Shown here: piece after piece, positions 11,045-23,147 of the stretch
How positions within the stretch are numbered: position 1 is the stretch's first letter
How the letters are laid out: every line of letters starts with the position of its first letter
DNA from: Tubulanus polymorphus
Taxonomy: Eukaryota > Animalia > Nemertea
DNA: 64,000 bases
Direction: 5' to 3'
Assembly: GCF_964204645.1 (NCBI RefSeq)
Contig: NC_134028.1
Coordinates: 15,693,653 to 15,757,652, forward strand
Notes under the pieces: model-generated
The model's input: only the letters and a program-made list of their open reading frames with translations
Told to the model about the DNA's origin: nothing
The model's database searches: none
Position numbers and translations under genes: made by a program

Positions 11045-14000
11045 ATGGAAGATAATAGGTACTACTGTCCAACATGTAATATCAATATAGATAAATCCCA
11101 AAAAGCAAGACACAATAAAACTAAAACACATTTAGAGAATAAATTGAAACTAGAATATAACGATGATATATTAGAAACTAAATTAGAAGAATTAAAGAAT
11201 GAAAAAGAAACATACAAATGTGATACATGTAATCAATCATTCAGTGATAAAAGATATTATAATGAACATTTAAAATCTAAAAGTCATATTAGAAATAAGA
11301 ATAATGGTATTTTAGGTGAAGATTATTTTGATAAAGATAATGATAAGAAACAGAAGACAATTAAAAGCATAAAAAATAAATTAAACAATAAAAGACCATA
11401 CATGGAAGATGTAAGAAATCATATTAATTCATTAGATAATAAAAAAGATATAGAGATAACCGAAGCATTTAAAAGTGATATTGGCCCAGCAGCTATCGAG
11501 TTTAAATTTCATATAGAAAAAACATTAGAAGAAAATAAAAAACATTTAGAAAATATGAAAGAAATAATAAAAATAATAAATGATGTTGAATACCCTAAAA
11601 TTAGTATATCTTCTAAAGTTAAATTCATAAAATCGGAAGATAAACCAATATATAATATAAATTCTCATTCACAACATATTATTTCAAAACAACATATAGA
11701 TGATAAATTAGATAAATGTTATAATGAAGTAAAAACTAAAATAGAAGAGAAATATTTTGAAGGATCTGGTTTAATATTTGATGAAATAATATTTATGACT
11801 TTACATGTATATAACACAAAATATAATAAGTTAACTAAATCAAAACCAATTGATGAAAATAATGTATCATATTATAAAAAACCAGATATTGAAGCATCGA
11901 GTTATATTAAACTACCATTTAAAACTAATGCTGTTATAAATGTACAAAATGAAGATGATAAATGTTTTCTATGGGCTATAATTAGTTGCTTACATCCAAC
12001 AGAAGATATTACACATAGTTTTAGATTAACCCATTATAAACCATTTGAAAATAATTATAAGATAGATAAGTATCCTGTTATAATTAAAAACATCCCAAAA
12101 ATAGAAAGAGATAATAATAATAAGATAAATGTATTTGATTTAATTAAATTGCCAAATACAGAAGGTAACAATATAAAACATTATACATTAGAATTTTTAT
12201 ATCTAACCTTTGTAATATATGGAGATTTAGAATTATTAAATAAAGAATTAACTGATCAAGATAGAAAAGAAATATATTATAAAAGAAAGAAATTAAATTC
12301 TAATGAAAATTATTTTTCAGATGAACCACCAAACACCAATACTATTAAAAAGATTCATCAATCAGCTGCAGCTTTCGGGTTATATATTAAATCTGATTAT
12401 CCAGAACTAATTGAAAGTGAATATTATCATTATAGAAATGAAAATGTTATCAATCATTTTTGTGACTTATTAATTGAATATGAAATAAAATTTAATGAAA
12501 AGTTAAATAAAAATATAGAAATTATAATGACAGAAGAAGATAAAGAAGCATTTGAGTTTGCAGATAAATGTTATTATTGTGAAAAGATATTTAATTATAA
12601 AGATAAAAAAGTAAGAGACCATTATCATTTGAATGGAAAGTTTAGAGGCGCTGCACATGAGAATTGTAACTTACAAGCTAAGAAAATTAATTTTGTACCA
12701 GTTATATTTCATAATCTATCAGGATATGATGCACATTTATTCATCAAACAGTTATGCCATAAAATAGAAGAAATCAATAATGAAATAGAAATATTAAATT
12801 CAAATAGATCAAAAGATAAAATACCAACTTATAAATTTAGAATGTTAGCTAAAACATCTGAGAATTATATATCATTCCAATTTGGTTGCCTAAGATTTAT
12901 AGATTCATATAGATTTTTAAATAGTTCATTAGATAACTTATCAAAATCATTAGTTGATGATGAATTAAAAATATTAAAGCAACACTACCCAAATAATGAT
13001 GATTTCCAATTAATGAGATATAAAGGAGCAATTCCATATTCATTTTATAAATCACATAATGATTTCAATATAACTGAATTATTGAAAGAACAATTCTATG
13101 ATGAATTAAAAAATGAATATGTTAAAGATGAAGTATATAATAGAACATTGAATATTTGGAATCATTTTAGAATGAAAAATCATGGACAATTAGTAGATTT
13201 ATATCTAAAATCAGATGTATTATTATTAACCGATATATTCGAAAGGTTTAGAGATGTAAACCTAAAATATTTCAATATTGATCCTTGTCATTGTTATTTA
13301 AGTCCAGGATTAACATGGGATTGTGGATTAAAATTTACAGATATAAAAATGGATTTGTTAACAAATATAGATCAATTACTATTATTTGAAAAATCTATAA
13401 GAGGAGGAGTTTCGGGTGTATTAAGGGATAGATATTTCAATGTAAATGATAACCCTGGATATAAGTTATTATATATAGATGCAAATAATTTGTATGGTTG
13501 GGCAATGATGGAACCACAACCTTATGGAGTATTTGAAATAACTGAAGTTTAACAGAATGAAAATAATGACAAATTTGATTGGAAGAAAAGAATCCTAGAT
13601 ATTGCAGATGATTCAGATACTGGTTACTTTTTTGTTGTAGACTTGGAATATCCTAAACATATTAAATTTAAATCTAGAAATCTAGCTTACTGTCCCGAAC
13701 ATAAAACTGTAACTCATGAAGAATTATCAAATTACCAAAAAAGAATTAAACCCGAAAATCATATTCATACATAAAAGTTAATGGTAACTCAAGAAGATAA
13801 ATATAATTATGTAGTACATTATAGAATGTTAAACTTTTATCTAAAACAAGAAATGGTTCTAAAAAAAGTACATAGATATATTTCATTTAGTCAATCTAAG
13901 TGGTTAGAAAAATATATAGATTTTAACACCAAAAAACAGAGAACTACAGCTAAAACTGATTTTGAGAAAGATTTTTTTAAGTTAATGAACAATGCATTCT

Positions 14001-14492
14001 ATGGTAAGACTTGTGAAAATATTAGAAATAGAAATGATATTGAGTTAGTTAGTAATGGTAAAAGGATAAGGCATTTACAAACATATCCTAAGTTCATTGG
14101 TAACAGAATATTTGATGAAAATTTAGCCGCAGTTAAAATGAGAAGAACTTCTATGAAATTTAATAAACCAATCTATGTTGGCGCTTCAGTTTTAGAATTA
14201 TCAAAATTACTAATGTATGAATTCTATTATAATGTATTTCAACCACTTTTTGGAGAAAAACATATAGAAATATTATATTTTGATACAGATTCTTACATAT
14301 TAAAGATAAAAACTAATAACATAACTGATGATTTAAAAACATTAAAACATCATTTTGATTTCAGTAACTATCCTAAAAATCATGAATTGTTTAGCAATGA
14401 TAATAAAAAAGTTCCTGGTAAATTCAAAGATGAATTAGGTGGTGAAGAAATGATTGAATTCATTGGTATTAGATCTAAAATGTATTCATATA
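11045..14492 (+). pseudogene. polB: Protein-primed family B DNA polymerase (copy A)
   Basis: N-terminal C2H2 fingers, NEDDKCFLWAI, VIYGD, FHNLSGYDAH, YIDANNLYG, KLMNNAFYGK, YFDTDS; frameshift and stop present. Confidence 0.92.
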
Positions 14493-14812
14493 AGTAATAG
14501 GGGTTTAGTTGTTCTATACCAAAGGTCGAACGGTCGAGTTCATTAAAAACAAAACATTAAAAGTAATTTAAAACTATAATATATTTTCATATCCGTGTGT
14601 ATTTTATATTATAACTAAATATTTATTCTAAGATATCAATAATTTAAAAAGCATATAATCAAATATATTTTAATAATAATAATTATTCTATTATTCAACT
14701 GAAATACACACGGTTATGAAAATATCTTATAGTTTTAAATTACTTTTAATATTTGTTTTTAATGAACTCGATCATTCAACCTTTAGTATAGAACAACTAA
14801 ACCCCTATTACT
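14493..14812. repeat. Left terminal hairpin of copy B (~112-bp arms, ~95-bp loop)
   Basis: AGTAATAGGGGTTTAGTTGTTCTATA ... TATAGAACAACTAAACCCCTATTACT. Confidence 0.9.
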
Positions 14813-15018
14813 CTTAAAATAATCATATACATAAATAACATTTAAATTGACAGATTATTCAATATAAAAGTATATATTTACAACATTATTTCAATATTCA
14901 TATTTGTATGAGTTAGATTTTTAAACATTAAAAGTGTTAGTAAAGTGTGATTGAAATAATGCATTATATAAATCATTGAACTTCTAAAATCAATTTAGTA
15001 AAAAAATATGTATAATAA

Positions 15019-15693
15019 ATGGAACCAGAACAACCACAAACTATCAATATTACAAATAACACTGGTGTTATAAATATATATTACAAGAAGTGTTCTAAAT
15101 GTGAATTAGATAAATCATTAACATAATTTAGTAAGCGTAAGATTAGCAAAGATGGTTTTCAATATTGCTGTAAAACTTGTTTTAAACTATATACCAAACA
15201 ATACCGAGAAGATAATATAGAACATTATAATTATTATATGGCAGAATATATGAGAGAAAGATATCAAACAGATCTTAATTTTAGATTGAAACAATGCTTA
15301 AGATCTAGATTAACACAATTATTCAACAAAGAAACACATTCAGAAACACTATCTAATTTATTAGGTTGTTCAGATGAATTTTTCATTTCATGGATAATAT
15401 ATCAATTCGATGATAAAATGAATATAGATAATTATGGTGAATACTTTCATATTGATCACGTGTTGCCGATTTCTAAATTTGACATGAATGATGAATACAA
15501 TAAAAAACTTATTTGGAATTGGAAGAATCTAAGACCTTTAGAAAAGAAAGAAAACATAATTAAATCTAATAAACTAGATTTACAGTTATATTTAGAACAG
15601 TTAACAAAGGCAAAGAAATTTATTGATCAATGGAACAATGATCCAAATAATGAACAATACGTTGAGGAATTTGATATCAAGGATCCGAAATGA
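15019..15693 (+). pseudogene. HNH/endonuclease VII-like protein with N-terminal Cys4 finger (one internal stop)
   Basis: CSKC..CKTC; LLGCS..QFDDKMNIDNYGEYFHIDHVLPISKFD..NLRPLEKKENIIKSNK. Confidence 0.75.
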
Positions 15694-16005
15694 CTTATCT
15701 GGACAGTTATAATTACTGCTCCTAATAGATAAACAAAAGTAGTGAGATATCAAATAGAATTCAAATAAAATATATTAAAAAAACAATAACTTCAACTATC
15801 CATTATTTCTATTTTAATTTTTGATATTTTCTTTTACAATTCTTTTCAAAAGAGAATACTTTATATCACAAATAAAAAATACTAAAAAAACAATAACTAA
15901 TACTAAAATTCTTTACCTTTAACTAAGCTAGTATTAACCCAAAGAGATACTAGTATCATTTTATAATACTTATAATATTTTTTTTGCTTTTTTTCTCTAA
16001 TATAA

Positions 16006-16614
16006 ATGTCAAAGAAATCTAATAAGAATAGTATTGATATTGAAAAGACATTAGATGATTTGGGCATTAGTGATAATAAGGATCCAGTTGTTTCTAATTC
16101 TATTCAAGTTAATAACAATATTGATTTTGAATACTATTTATATTGTAAGCATCATCTAGAACTATTGATTGCCGGTGGAAAAACTAAGGAGTTTTTAAAT
16201 AGAATCATTACTTTTCAAGAATTAGATGCTATGAAACCCGATAAAGTAATAAAATATTTTAAGATTTATGAAGAAGCTAGATTAGCTAGAATAAATGATT
16301 GTATTTCAGATGGTATTGTCAAATGTTATTCTAAGTTATGTAACGAGTTAATACCAATTGATGATGAAAATAAATTATATAGTGATTTGAAAAATGACTA
16401 TTTAGTTATGACTGAATTACAAAAATGGGTTGGTTATGCTTCATTTCAATTAGGATCGGTTATGACATTAATTTCTACTGGCGTCATAACATTTTCGAAC
16501 ATCAAACCTATGGAATATAAATCAGGTAAGAACGAAACAGATGACGCTGTACTACAACCAAACGTCGAAACAGAAAATGAATCAGAACAAAAATTAACTA
16601 AAATAAATGAGTGA
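16006..16614 (+). CDS. Conserved Polinton protein of unknown function
   Basis: Intact 202-aa ORF with TAAATG start; homologue at ~54190-54796 (-). Confidence 0.7.
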   Translation: MSKKSNKNSIDIEKTLDDLGISDNKDPVVSNSIQVNNNIDFEYYLYCKHHLELLIAGGKTKEFLNRIITFQELDAMKPDKVIKYFKIYEEARLARINDCISDGIVKCYSKLCNELIPIDDENKLYSDLKNDYLVMTELQKWVGYASFQLGSVMTLISTGVITFSNIKPMEYKSGKNETDDAVLQPNVETENESEQKLTKINE

Positions 16615-16876
16615 TAGCGTTAAGAAAAAGGCTAGATCCGAGAAACAAATTATATGGGCAAGAGAATTAGGTAAAAGATCTGCAGAATTAAAAAAAGCTA
16701 AGAAAAAGAAATTAACTGATATAAATGAATCACAGACTTTATCTGATATTGATTCAAATAATAATCCATCTAATTCTTCTAATGCTGGAAGTAATTATAA
16801 ATTATATATTACAATTGGATTAGTAACAGTTATTATATTATCCGGTGTAATATATAAATCAAAATTCAAATCTGAT
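16607..16876 (+). CDS. Small basic protein with C-terminal TM helix (fused to integrase N-terminus by a deletion in this copy)
   Basis: KKARSEKQIIWARELGK; LYITIGLVTVIILSGVIY; homologue at ~53860-54195 (-). Confidence 0.6.
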
Positions 16877-17965
16877 GAACAATATCTAAGAGATTTATAT
16901 TATAACCCAGAGAGTGAAGTATCATATTCTAACGTTTCAGAATTATGGAATAAAATTAAATCTGATAATGAAAATGGTGCCACCCACATTGTGGCATAAA
17001 ATATAGTGAACTAAGATTATGGTTACAAAATCAACCAACATATCAAATTCACAAGAAAATGGATAAAACTTATTTAACAAGAAAAGTTATGGTTTCATAT
17101 ATCGATCAACAATGGCAAGCAGATTTAATTGACATGAAGAACTTAGAGGAATACAACAAAGGATATTTCTGGATACTGAATGTTATAGACATATTCAGTA
17201 GATACGCATGGTCAATTCCAATCAAAAATAAAACTGGAATAGAAGTTACAAATGCTTTTAAGAATATATTTAAAGAAGCTATTCCAGATAAGATACAATT
17301 TGATGAAGGTAAGGAATTTTATAACAAACATTTTAAAAAAGTATTATCTGATAACGATGTAGATTATTTTTCAACACACTCAGAAAAAAAGCATCTATTA
17401 TAGAAAGATTTAATAAAACATTGAAAACTAGAATGTGGAAATATTTTACTGCTAATGAAACATATAAATATATCGATGTGTTAGATGATTTAGTGAAAGG
17501 TTATAATAATTCTAAACATTCAAGTATTGGTATGAAACCTATACAAGCTAGAAAAGAAGATAATTCAGAAATAGTTTGGAATAATTTATATGGAGCGTTT
17601 GTTACACATGATTTCGGAGAACCTAAATTTAAAATAGGACAACACGTTAGAATATCTAAATATAGAAAAACATTTTATAAAGGTTATACCCCTAATTTTA
17701 CAGAAGAAATATTCAAGATTAAAAAGATGATATTAACTAAACCATTTGTTTATAAATTAGAAGATTTAAAAGATGAAGAAATATTAGGTTATTTCTATGA
17801 ACAAGAATTATCACTTGTACCAAATCCAGATGAAATAGAATACAAAATAGAAAAAGTATTGAAAACAAAAACTCTTTAAAGGAAAAAAGTATTCTTTGGT
17901 GAAATATAAAGGATATGATGATAAATTTAATGAATGGATTTTATCTAGTAAAATTAAAAGAATAA
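16877..17965 (+). pseudogene. int: Retroviral-like (rve, DDE) integrase with C-terminal chromodomain
   Basis: QWQADLIDM, IDIFSRYAW, QFDEGKEF, IERFNKTLK, YNNSKHSSIGMKP, YKIEKVLK..VKYKGY..FNEWI; frameshifts. Confidence 0.92.
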
Positions 17966-18577
17966 ATGAATAAAGATTTATTTATATTCGAACCGCATAA
18001 TATGTTAGTTACTGGAGTAACCAATTGTGGTAAAACACATTTCATATTAGACTTGTTAGAAACTATTTATAAGAATCATTTTGATAATATAATATTATTC
18101 TGTCCTACTTATGAAATGAATAAAACATATAATAGAGATATAGTTAAGATAAAAAAGTTTATTATATTAGATCCTAAAACAGTAAAAGAAAATTTAGATA
18201 ATTGTATAAAAATAGCAATTGATACTTATAAAGGATCAAATACATTATTCATTGTAGATGATTGCGCTAATTTACATGATTCAAAAGTTAGCGAAAGTGA
18301 GTTATGTTATCTAGCTTTCTCTGGAAGACATTTTGGGATAACAACATGGGTTTTAAATCAAAAATATAATTCAATTGTTAAAGACTTTAGGGAGAATATA
18401 AGATTTCTAGTTTTATTTTATAACAAAGATAAAAAATCTATGCAACAATCATTGGAAGGAAATCAAATTATACCTACTGAATTACATGATGAATATATGA
18501 ATAAATTAAAGAATAATAAAGGTTCAAAATTATTACTGAGACTACAATTTCCCTATGAATATAAATTTATAAAATAA
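17966..18577 (+). CDS. A32-like (FtsK/HerA) genome packaging ATPase
   Basis: Walker A GVTNCGKT, Walker B FIVDD, GRHFGI..LNQ. Confidence 0.88.
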   Translation: MNKDLFIFEPHNMLVTGVTNCGKTHFILDLLETIYKNHFDNIILFCPTYEMNKTYNRDIVKIKKFIILDPKTVKENLDNCIKIAIDTYKGSNTLFIVDDCANLHDSKVSESELCYLAFSGRHFGITTWVLNQKYNSIVKDFRENIRFLVLFYNKDKKSMQQSLEGNQIIPTELHDEYMNKLKNNKGSKLLLRLQFPYEYKFIK

Positions 18578-18594
18578 AATTTATAATTTGGAAT

Positions 18595-19220
18595 ATTATA
18601 GAAACTAATTCATATATCTATGTACTAGACGTACGTAAGAATCCAAGATTCTTGCTAAGAAAGTAAGAAAGTAAGAATTCTTACCAAGATTCTTACGTAC
18701 GTCTAGTATATAAATATATAAATTAGTTTTATAATAATTATTCTAAATTTAGATTATAAAAATGAATAAATTATATGTTTTCTCTTAATAAAAATAAAAA
18801 TAGATTATATTATAACTATTTCTATACTTAGATTAATAATTTATGTTTTTAATTTTTATAAAAACTAAATTATATATCTATGTACTAGACGTACGAGTAA
18901 GAAAGTAAGATTCTTACCAAGAAAGTAAGATTCTTAGATTCTTACGTACGTCTAGTATATAGATATATAAATTTTTAAATGAATTGTATAAAAATGAATA
19001 AATTATATGTTTTCTCTTAATAATAATAAAAATAGATTATATTATAACTATTTCTATACTTAGATTAATAATTTTATGTTTTTAATTTTTATGAAAACTA
19101 TTATATATATATATCTATGTACTAGACGTACGAGTAAGAAAGTAAGATTTCTTGGATTCTTGGATTCTTGGATTCTTACTCGTACGTCTAGTATATAGTT
19201 ATATAAATTAGTTTTATAAT
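18595..19220. repeat. Three tandem palindromes between the convergent gene blocks (copy B)
   Basis: TATCTATGTACTAGACGTACG-[variable loop]-CGTACGTCTAGTATATA x3, separated by a duplicated AT-rich spacer. Confidence 0.9.
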
Positions 19221-19222
19221 AA

Positions 19223-20383
19223 TTATTCTAATTTTGTTTCTAATATATTTATAAAATCATATCTGTTTATATCTAATTCACCAAAAGTCTTAGGTAGATT
19301 TATTAATTTTAATTGATTCATCTTAACATAATTATTAGTAGGTAAATTAGCTTTTTCTCTTAATTTTTCTAAGTATTCATCAAAATCATCATAATCAAAA
19401 TCAAAATGATTTCCAAAATTTTGTATTAGATAACTTAAATCTATTTTTCTAAAATATAATAATTTATATATTTGTTTAGGATTATCTTCTGCATAAGCTA
19501 ATAATTTATCAAATAACAACTTATAGAATATATAATATTGGTTAGTTTTAGGATTAAAATATCTGATATATTTATTTGGGTTATTTAACAATGGTATCAT
19601 ACTCACCATTTTATAAACATTAATTAGATGTAACTTTGATTTATAATGAGTATTTTCATCAACAGGTTCAATTTTCTTATTACAATATTGGCACATTTTA
19701 TTTCTTTCTATTTCTTCTAATTTCTTTTCATGTTCTTCTAACTTCCTTTCATTTTCGATATGCACTTGATATTTTTTATGTTTAGAAAAATTACTTTTAG
19801 AAATATCTAAATCACAAATGTTACAATGTTTTTTAGAATCATCAATTGTTTCATTATCATTAGTTTCAATTGTATCAACATTATCTGTTATATTATCTAT
19901 GTTATCATTTGTTTCAATTGTATTTACATTATCTATGATATTATCTATTATATTATTATCAGATATATCATTATCATTATTATTCTTTTCTTTTTCTATA
20001 TGTTTATTTGATTTCTTATGTGATGCCCAATTTTTATATGATATATATTTCTTACATACATCACAATATTTTTCATTTGTCTTTTTGGTTTTGACATCAG
20101 GTTCAATCTTATCATTATTAGATGTAGTAGGTATTACATTATTAGATGTAGAAGGTATTACATTATTAGATGTAGAAGGTATTACATTATTATCAATTAC
20201 ATTACTTAAATTATCAACAACACCACTTTTATTATTATCGATTTCTATTAGTTTAGTTTTATAAATTTTGAAAATAGGATCAAATATCAAAGCTATATTA
20301 CAAGGTATTACATAATATAAACCATCATTATTTTCATGTGTATCGATGTATGGAATATGTTTATATACTCTACCTCCTTCCAT
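19223..20383 (-). CDS. Protein with three C2H2 (matrin-like) zinc fingers and low-complexity repeats
   Basis: CDVC..H..H, CNIC..H..H, CQYC..H..H; NNVIP(S/T)TS x3. Confidence 0.75.
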   Translation of the reverse strand: MEGGRVYKHIPYIDTHENNDGLYYVIPCNIALIFDPIFKIYKTKLIEIDNNKSGVVDNLSNVIDNNVIPSTSNNVIPSTSNNVIPTTSNNDKIEPDVKTKKTNEKYCDVCKKYISYKNWASHKKSNKHIEKEKNNNDNDISDNNIIDNIIDNVNTIETNDNIDNITDNVDTIETNDNETIDDSKKHCNICDLDISKSNFSKHKKYQVHIENERKLEEHEKKLEEIERNKMCQYCNKKIEPVDENTHYKSKLHLINVYKMVSMIPLLNNPNKYIRYFNPKTNQYYIFYKLLFDKLLAYAEDNPKQIYKLLYFRKIDLSYLIQNFGNHFDFDYDDFDEYLEKLREKANLPTNNYVKMNQLKLINLPKTFGELDINRYDFINILETKLE

Positions 20384-20415
20384 TTATTATATGAATTTTT
20401 ATTAAAGTTAAAATT

Positions 20416-21661
20416 CTAATACATAACACTATTTAATTGAGAATTTACAATATTTAATTGCGCGTCAGATATAATATAAATATGCATTTTGAAATTTAGG
20501 CTTCCTTTTTTCTTTGTCATGAATAATTGTATTCCATCTTTAGTGTTTTGTAATTTTTTTCCAGAACCATGTAATGAATTATCCTCTGTTGTTCTAAAAT
20601 CTAACCATAATGCATATTTATTACCGGTATAATAATCAATTTGATTAATGTTATAATTTTCAGATGATTTCACTTTTCCATTCATAAAATGTTTTCTAAT
20701 TTCTGGCCATTGATCAATCATTCTCATTCCTTGACAAAATATTTTATTTGCTATTCCTTCGATAGTTATTTCTACTTTTGTTATTTCAGGATTATAATAA
20801 TTATCAACATTTATTGCACCATTAGTGTATGTTGCAATGGTAAAAAATATTAATATACCTTTAATAGATCTTCTTGGGAAGTTAATATTATCATTAATAA
20901 TTTCATCATTTGCATTAATAGTTACAGTTTTAAATTTATCAATATAATCATATAATAATGAAAATCCTTGATTGTATTTAGTTTGAATTATACTTGAAAT
21001 ATTTTCATCAGTTACTGTATCATATTCTAAACATATATTCGATAATTTATAACTCATATCTTTATTAACGCTAGATATTACAATTTCATTAACAGGAGCA
21101 AATGTTATTTCGAATATAACATCTTCTTGAATTGCGTATTTATATAAAGGCGCATTATTATTTATCAATTCAAAGTCTAATGGAATTTTATATTTGCTTC
21201 CATATATACTTTTTATCAATTTATCTACAGCATATTGCATATTGCATTATGCGCTTCTGATCTTAATTTATTTTGGTTTTCTGATTGGATTCCTTGAAAT
21301 ATCATTTTATTTCTATTTTCTTTAGTTAACCATAAATCTTTGTAATGCATAAACAAATTATAATCATCTAATGAGAAAACTGTTTCTGGACCAATCTTTA
21401 TTGTTAATTTTTAATCAAATATCTTCCAACATTATCAACAACATAATTATTATTATTACCGATTACTTTTATATCGGCTGATAAATAAATACTATTTGGA
21501 ACATAAAAAGTATTTTGTGTTAATCGAGGAATTCTAACATATAAAGTTTCATCAGGATTAATGTTAGAAGGATTATGTGTAATTATATGATGTGATCTTT
21601 CTGCTTTAATAGCATTAGATATTCCATGATTCTTAGAAGGATTGATATAACTCGCACTCAT
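20416..21661 (-). pseudogene. Putative double jelly-roll major capsid protein (frameshifted)
   Basis: ~410 aa in pieces, beta-rich (IITHNPSNINPDETLYVRIPRL; LSNICLEYD; YALWLDFRT); size and position fit Polinton MCP; second copy at 41267-42512. Confidence 0.7.
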
Positions 21662-21681
21662 TTATTTAACAAAAAAATTAA

Positions 21682-23147
21682 TTATTTATTTTTTATCATG
21701 TTTACTAATCCAAAAATAATAGCACTTACAACTGTAATTAGAAATAAAATAATATGTTCCGCAGCAAAGTTAATAATGTTTCCTGCAGATTTCAATATAA
21801 AACCAACAATTGATGCAATAATTCCTGGTAATGCTGCAGCAGATTTTTTAGATAGTTCCCATAAATATTTTGCTAATTTCTTTAAACCATCCTTAACTTT
21901 ATCTTGTATAGAATTATTATCATTCGGGGGTTTATCCGGTTTATTGGGAGTAGGAGTAGATTTCAAAGAATTTGATATAGCTAAACCAATTGTTGTAAAT
22001 AACATAGTTACAGCTGTTAGAATTGAAAGAATTGTTATTCCTTCTAACTTAAATAATAATCTTATTCTATCTTTTAGTGATATGTCAGAATTTGGTTTTA
22101 TCAACAAATCTTTAAAAATAACTTTTAATCTATTAATTTTATAATCATATGATTTTAATAATAATTTAATTTCTTCTTTTTGTAATTCTATGTTATATTC
22201 TAAATCATCTTTTTCTTTTTCTAAATACGCATTTCTTTTTTTAAATTCAATTTCTTCAATAACTTTATTATCTCTATCTAATTTTAGTTGTTCTATTTCT
22301 TTATTTTTATCAGTTCTAAATTTCTAATTTCAATATCTCTTATACTTTTATCATGCGCAATTTTATCAGCTTCATTTCTTATACTAATAATTTCTCTTAT
22401 TGTTTTATCAGAAAATATATCTAAATCTTCTAATTCTTGATCTGTTGCATCAAGTAATCCATTTGGTAAAAGTTTTTCAATTGGAACTTTATTTGATTTA
22501 AGTTTACTAGTTTTGGAAGTTTTATTCTGTTCGGAAGTTGTTTCTGTTTCTGAATTTTTATTGATTATTTTTAATAAGTCATCAATTCTTTCACTAAATA
22601 CTCTTATATTATCATCTCTTTCTTCTTGTGTAACATCAGTTATTTCATTACTAATACTTATTCTTTTAATTTTATCTGGTTCTAATTTTCTCAAAGTTGA
22701 TTCCGCCAATATTTTATTTAGTCTTGTCTTTTGATTAGTGATATCAATATAATAATCACCATCCAAACGATAATAATATTTACCTTTAAAAAGTTTTAAT
22801 TTTTCTACTAAAAGTTCAGCATCTCTATTACTTATATTATACCCAGATCTTTAAAATGCAGGTTTGAAATTATAAATATATTCATTATAATCTATTCTTT
22901 TTTTTACTAAACCTGGGTCTAAATTTTCAGTAGGTATTCTCGATATAGTTCTTCTATCATGTTCTTCTGTTGATGTGGCTTTAGAACCACTATCTGCTAA
23001 ATTAGAATGATATGCTGATTCATCATCATTATCAATATTAGTTTCATTAAGATTAGCACCTGCTTCATTATAATCATCATCAATATATCCTTCATTATTA
23101 TTTCCCGTGCCTTCCATTCCAATATCATCTCCACCTTTTACATCCAT
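21682..23147 (-). pseudogene. Acidic/coiled-coil protein with C-terminal hydrophobic helices (broken into three ORFs)
   Basis: EGITILSILTAVTMLFTTIGLAI; LPGIIASIVGFILK; IILFLITVVSAIIFGLV; C-terminus conserved at 40722-41245. Confidence 0.6.

Larger units (their letters stand above)
10658..14492 (+). mobile_element. Polinton/Maverick copy A (left end and pPolB, cut off by copy B)
   Basis: 5'-AGT terminus, hairpin, TIR similar to 30556-30875, pPolB truncated at SKMYSY. Confidence 0.9.

Noticed and set aside
18595-19220. CRISPR-like repeat-spacer array
   Set aside because: Loops are built from self-similar modules and the spacers are duplicates, not foreign sequence.
19818-22734. Hydrophobic plus-strand ORFs (19818, 19826, 21626, 22513)
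   Set aside because: Antisense shadows of Asn/Lys/Asp-rich minus-strand genes.
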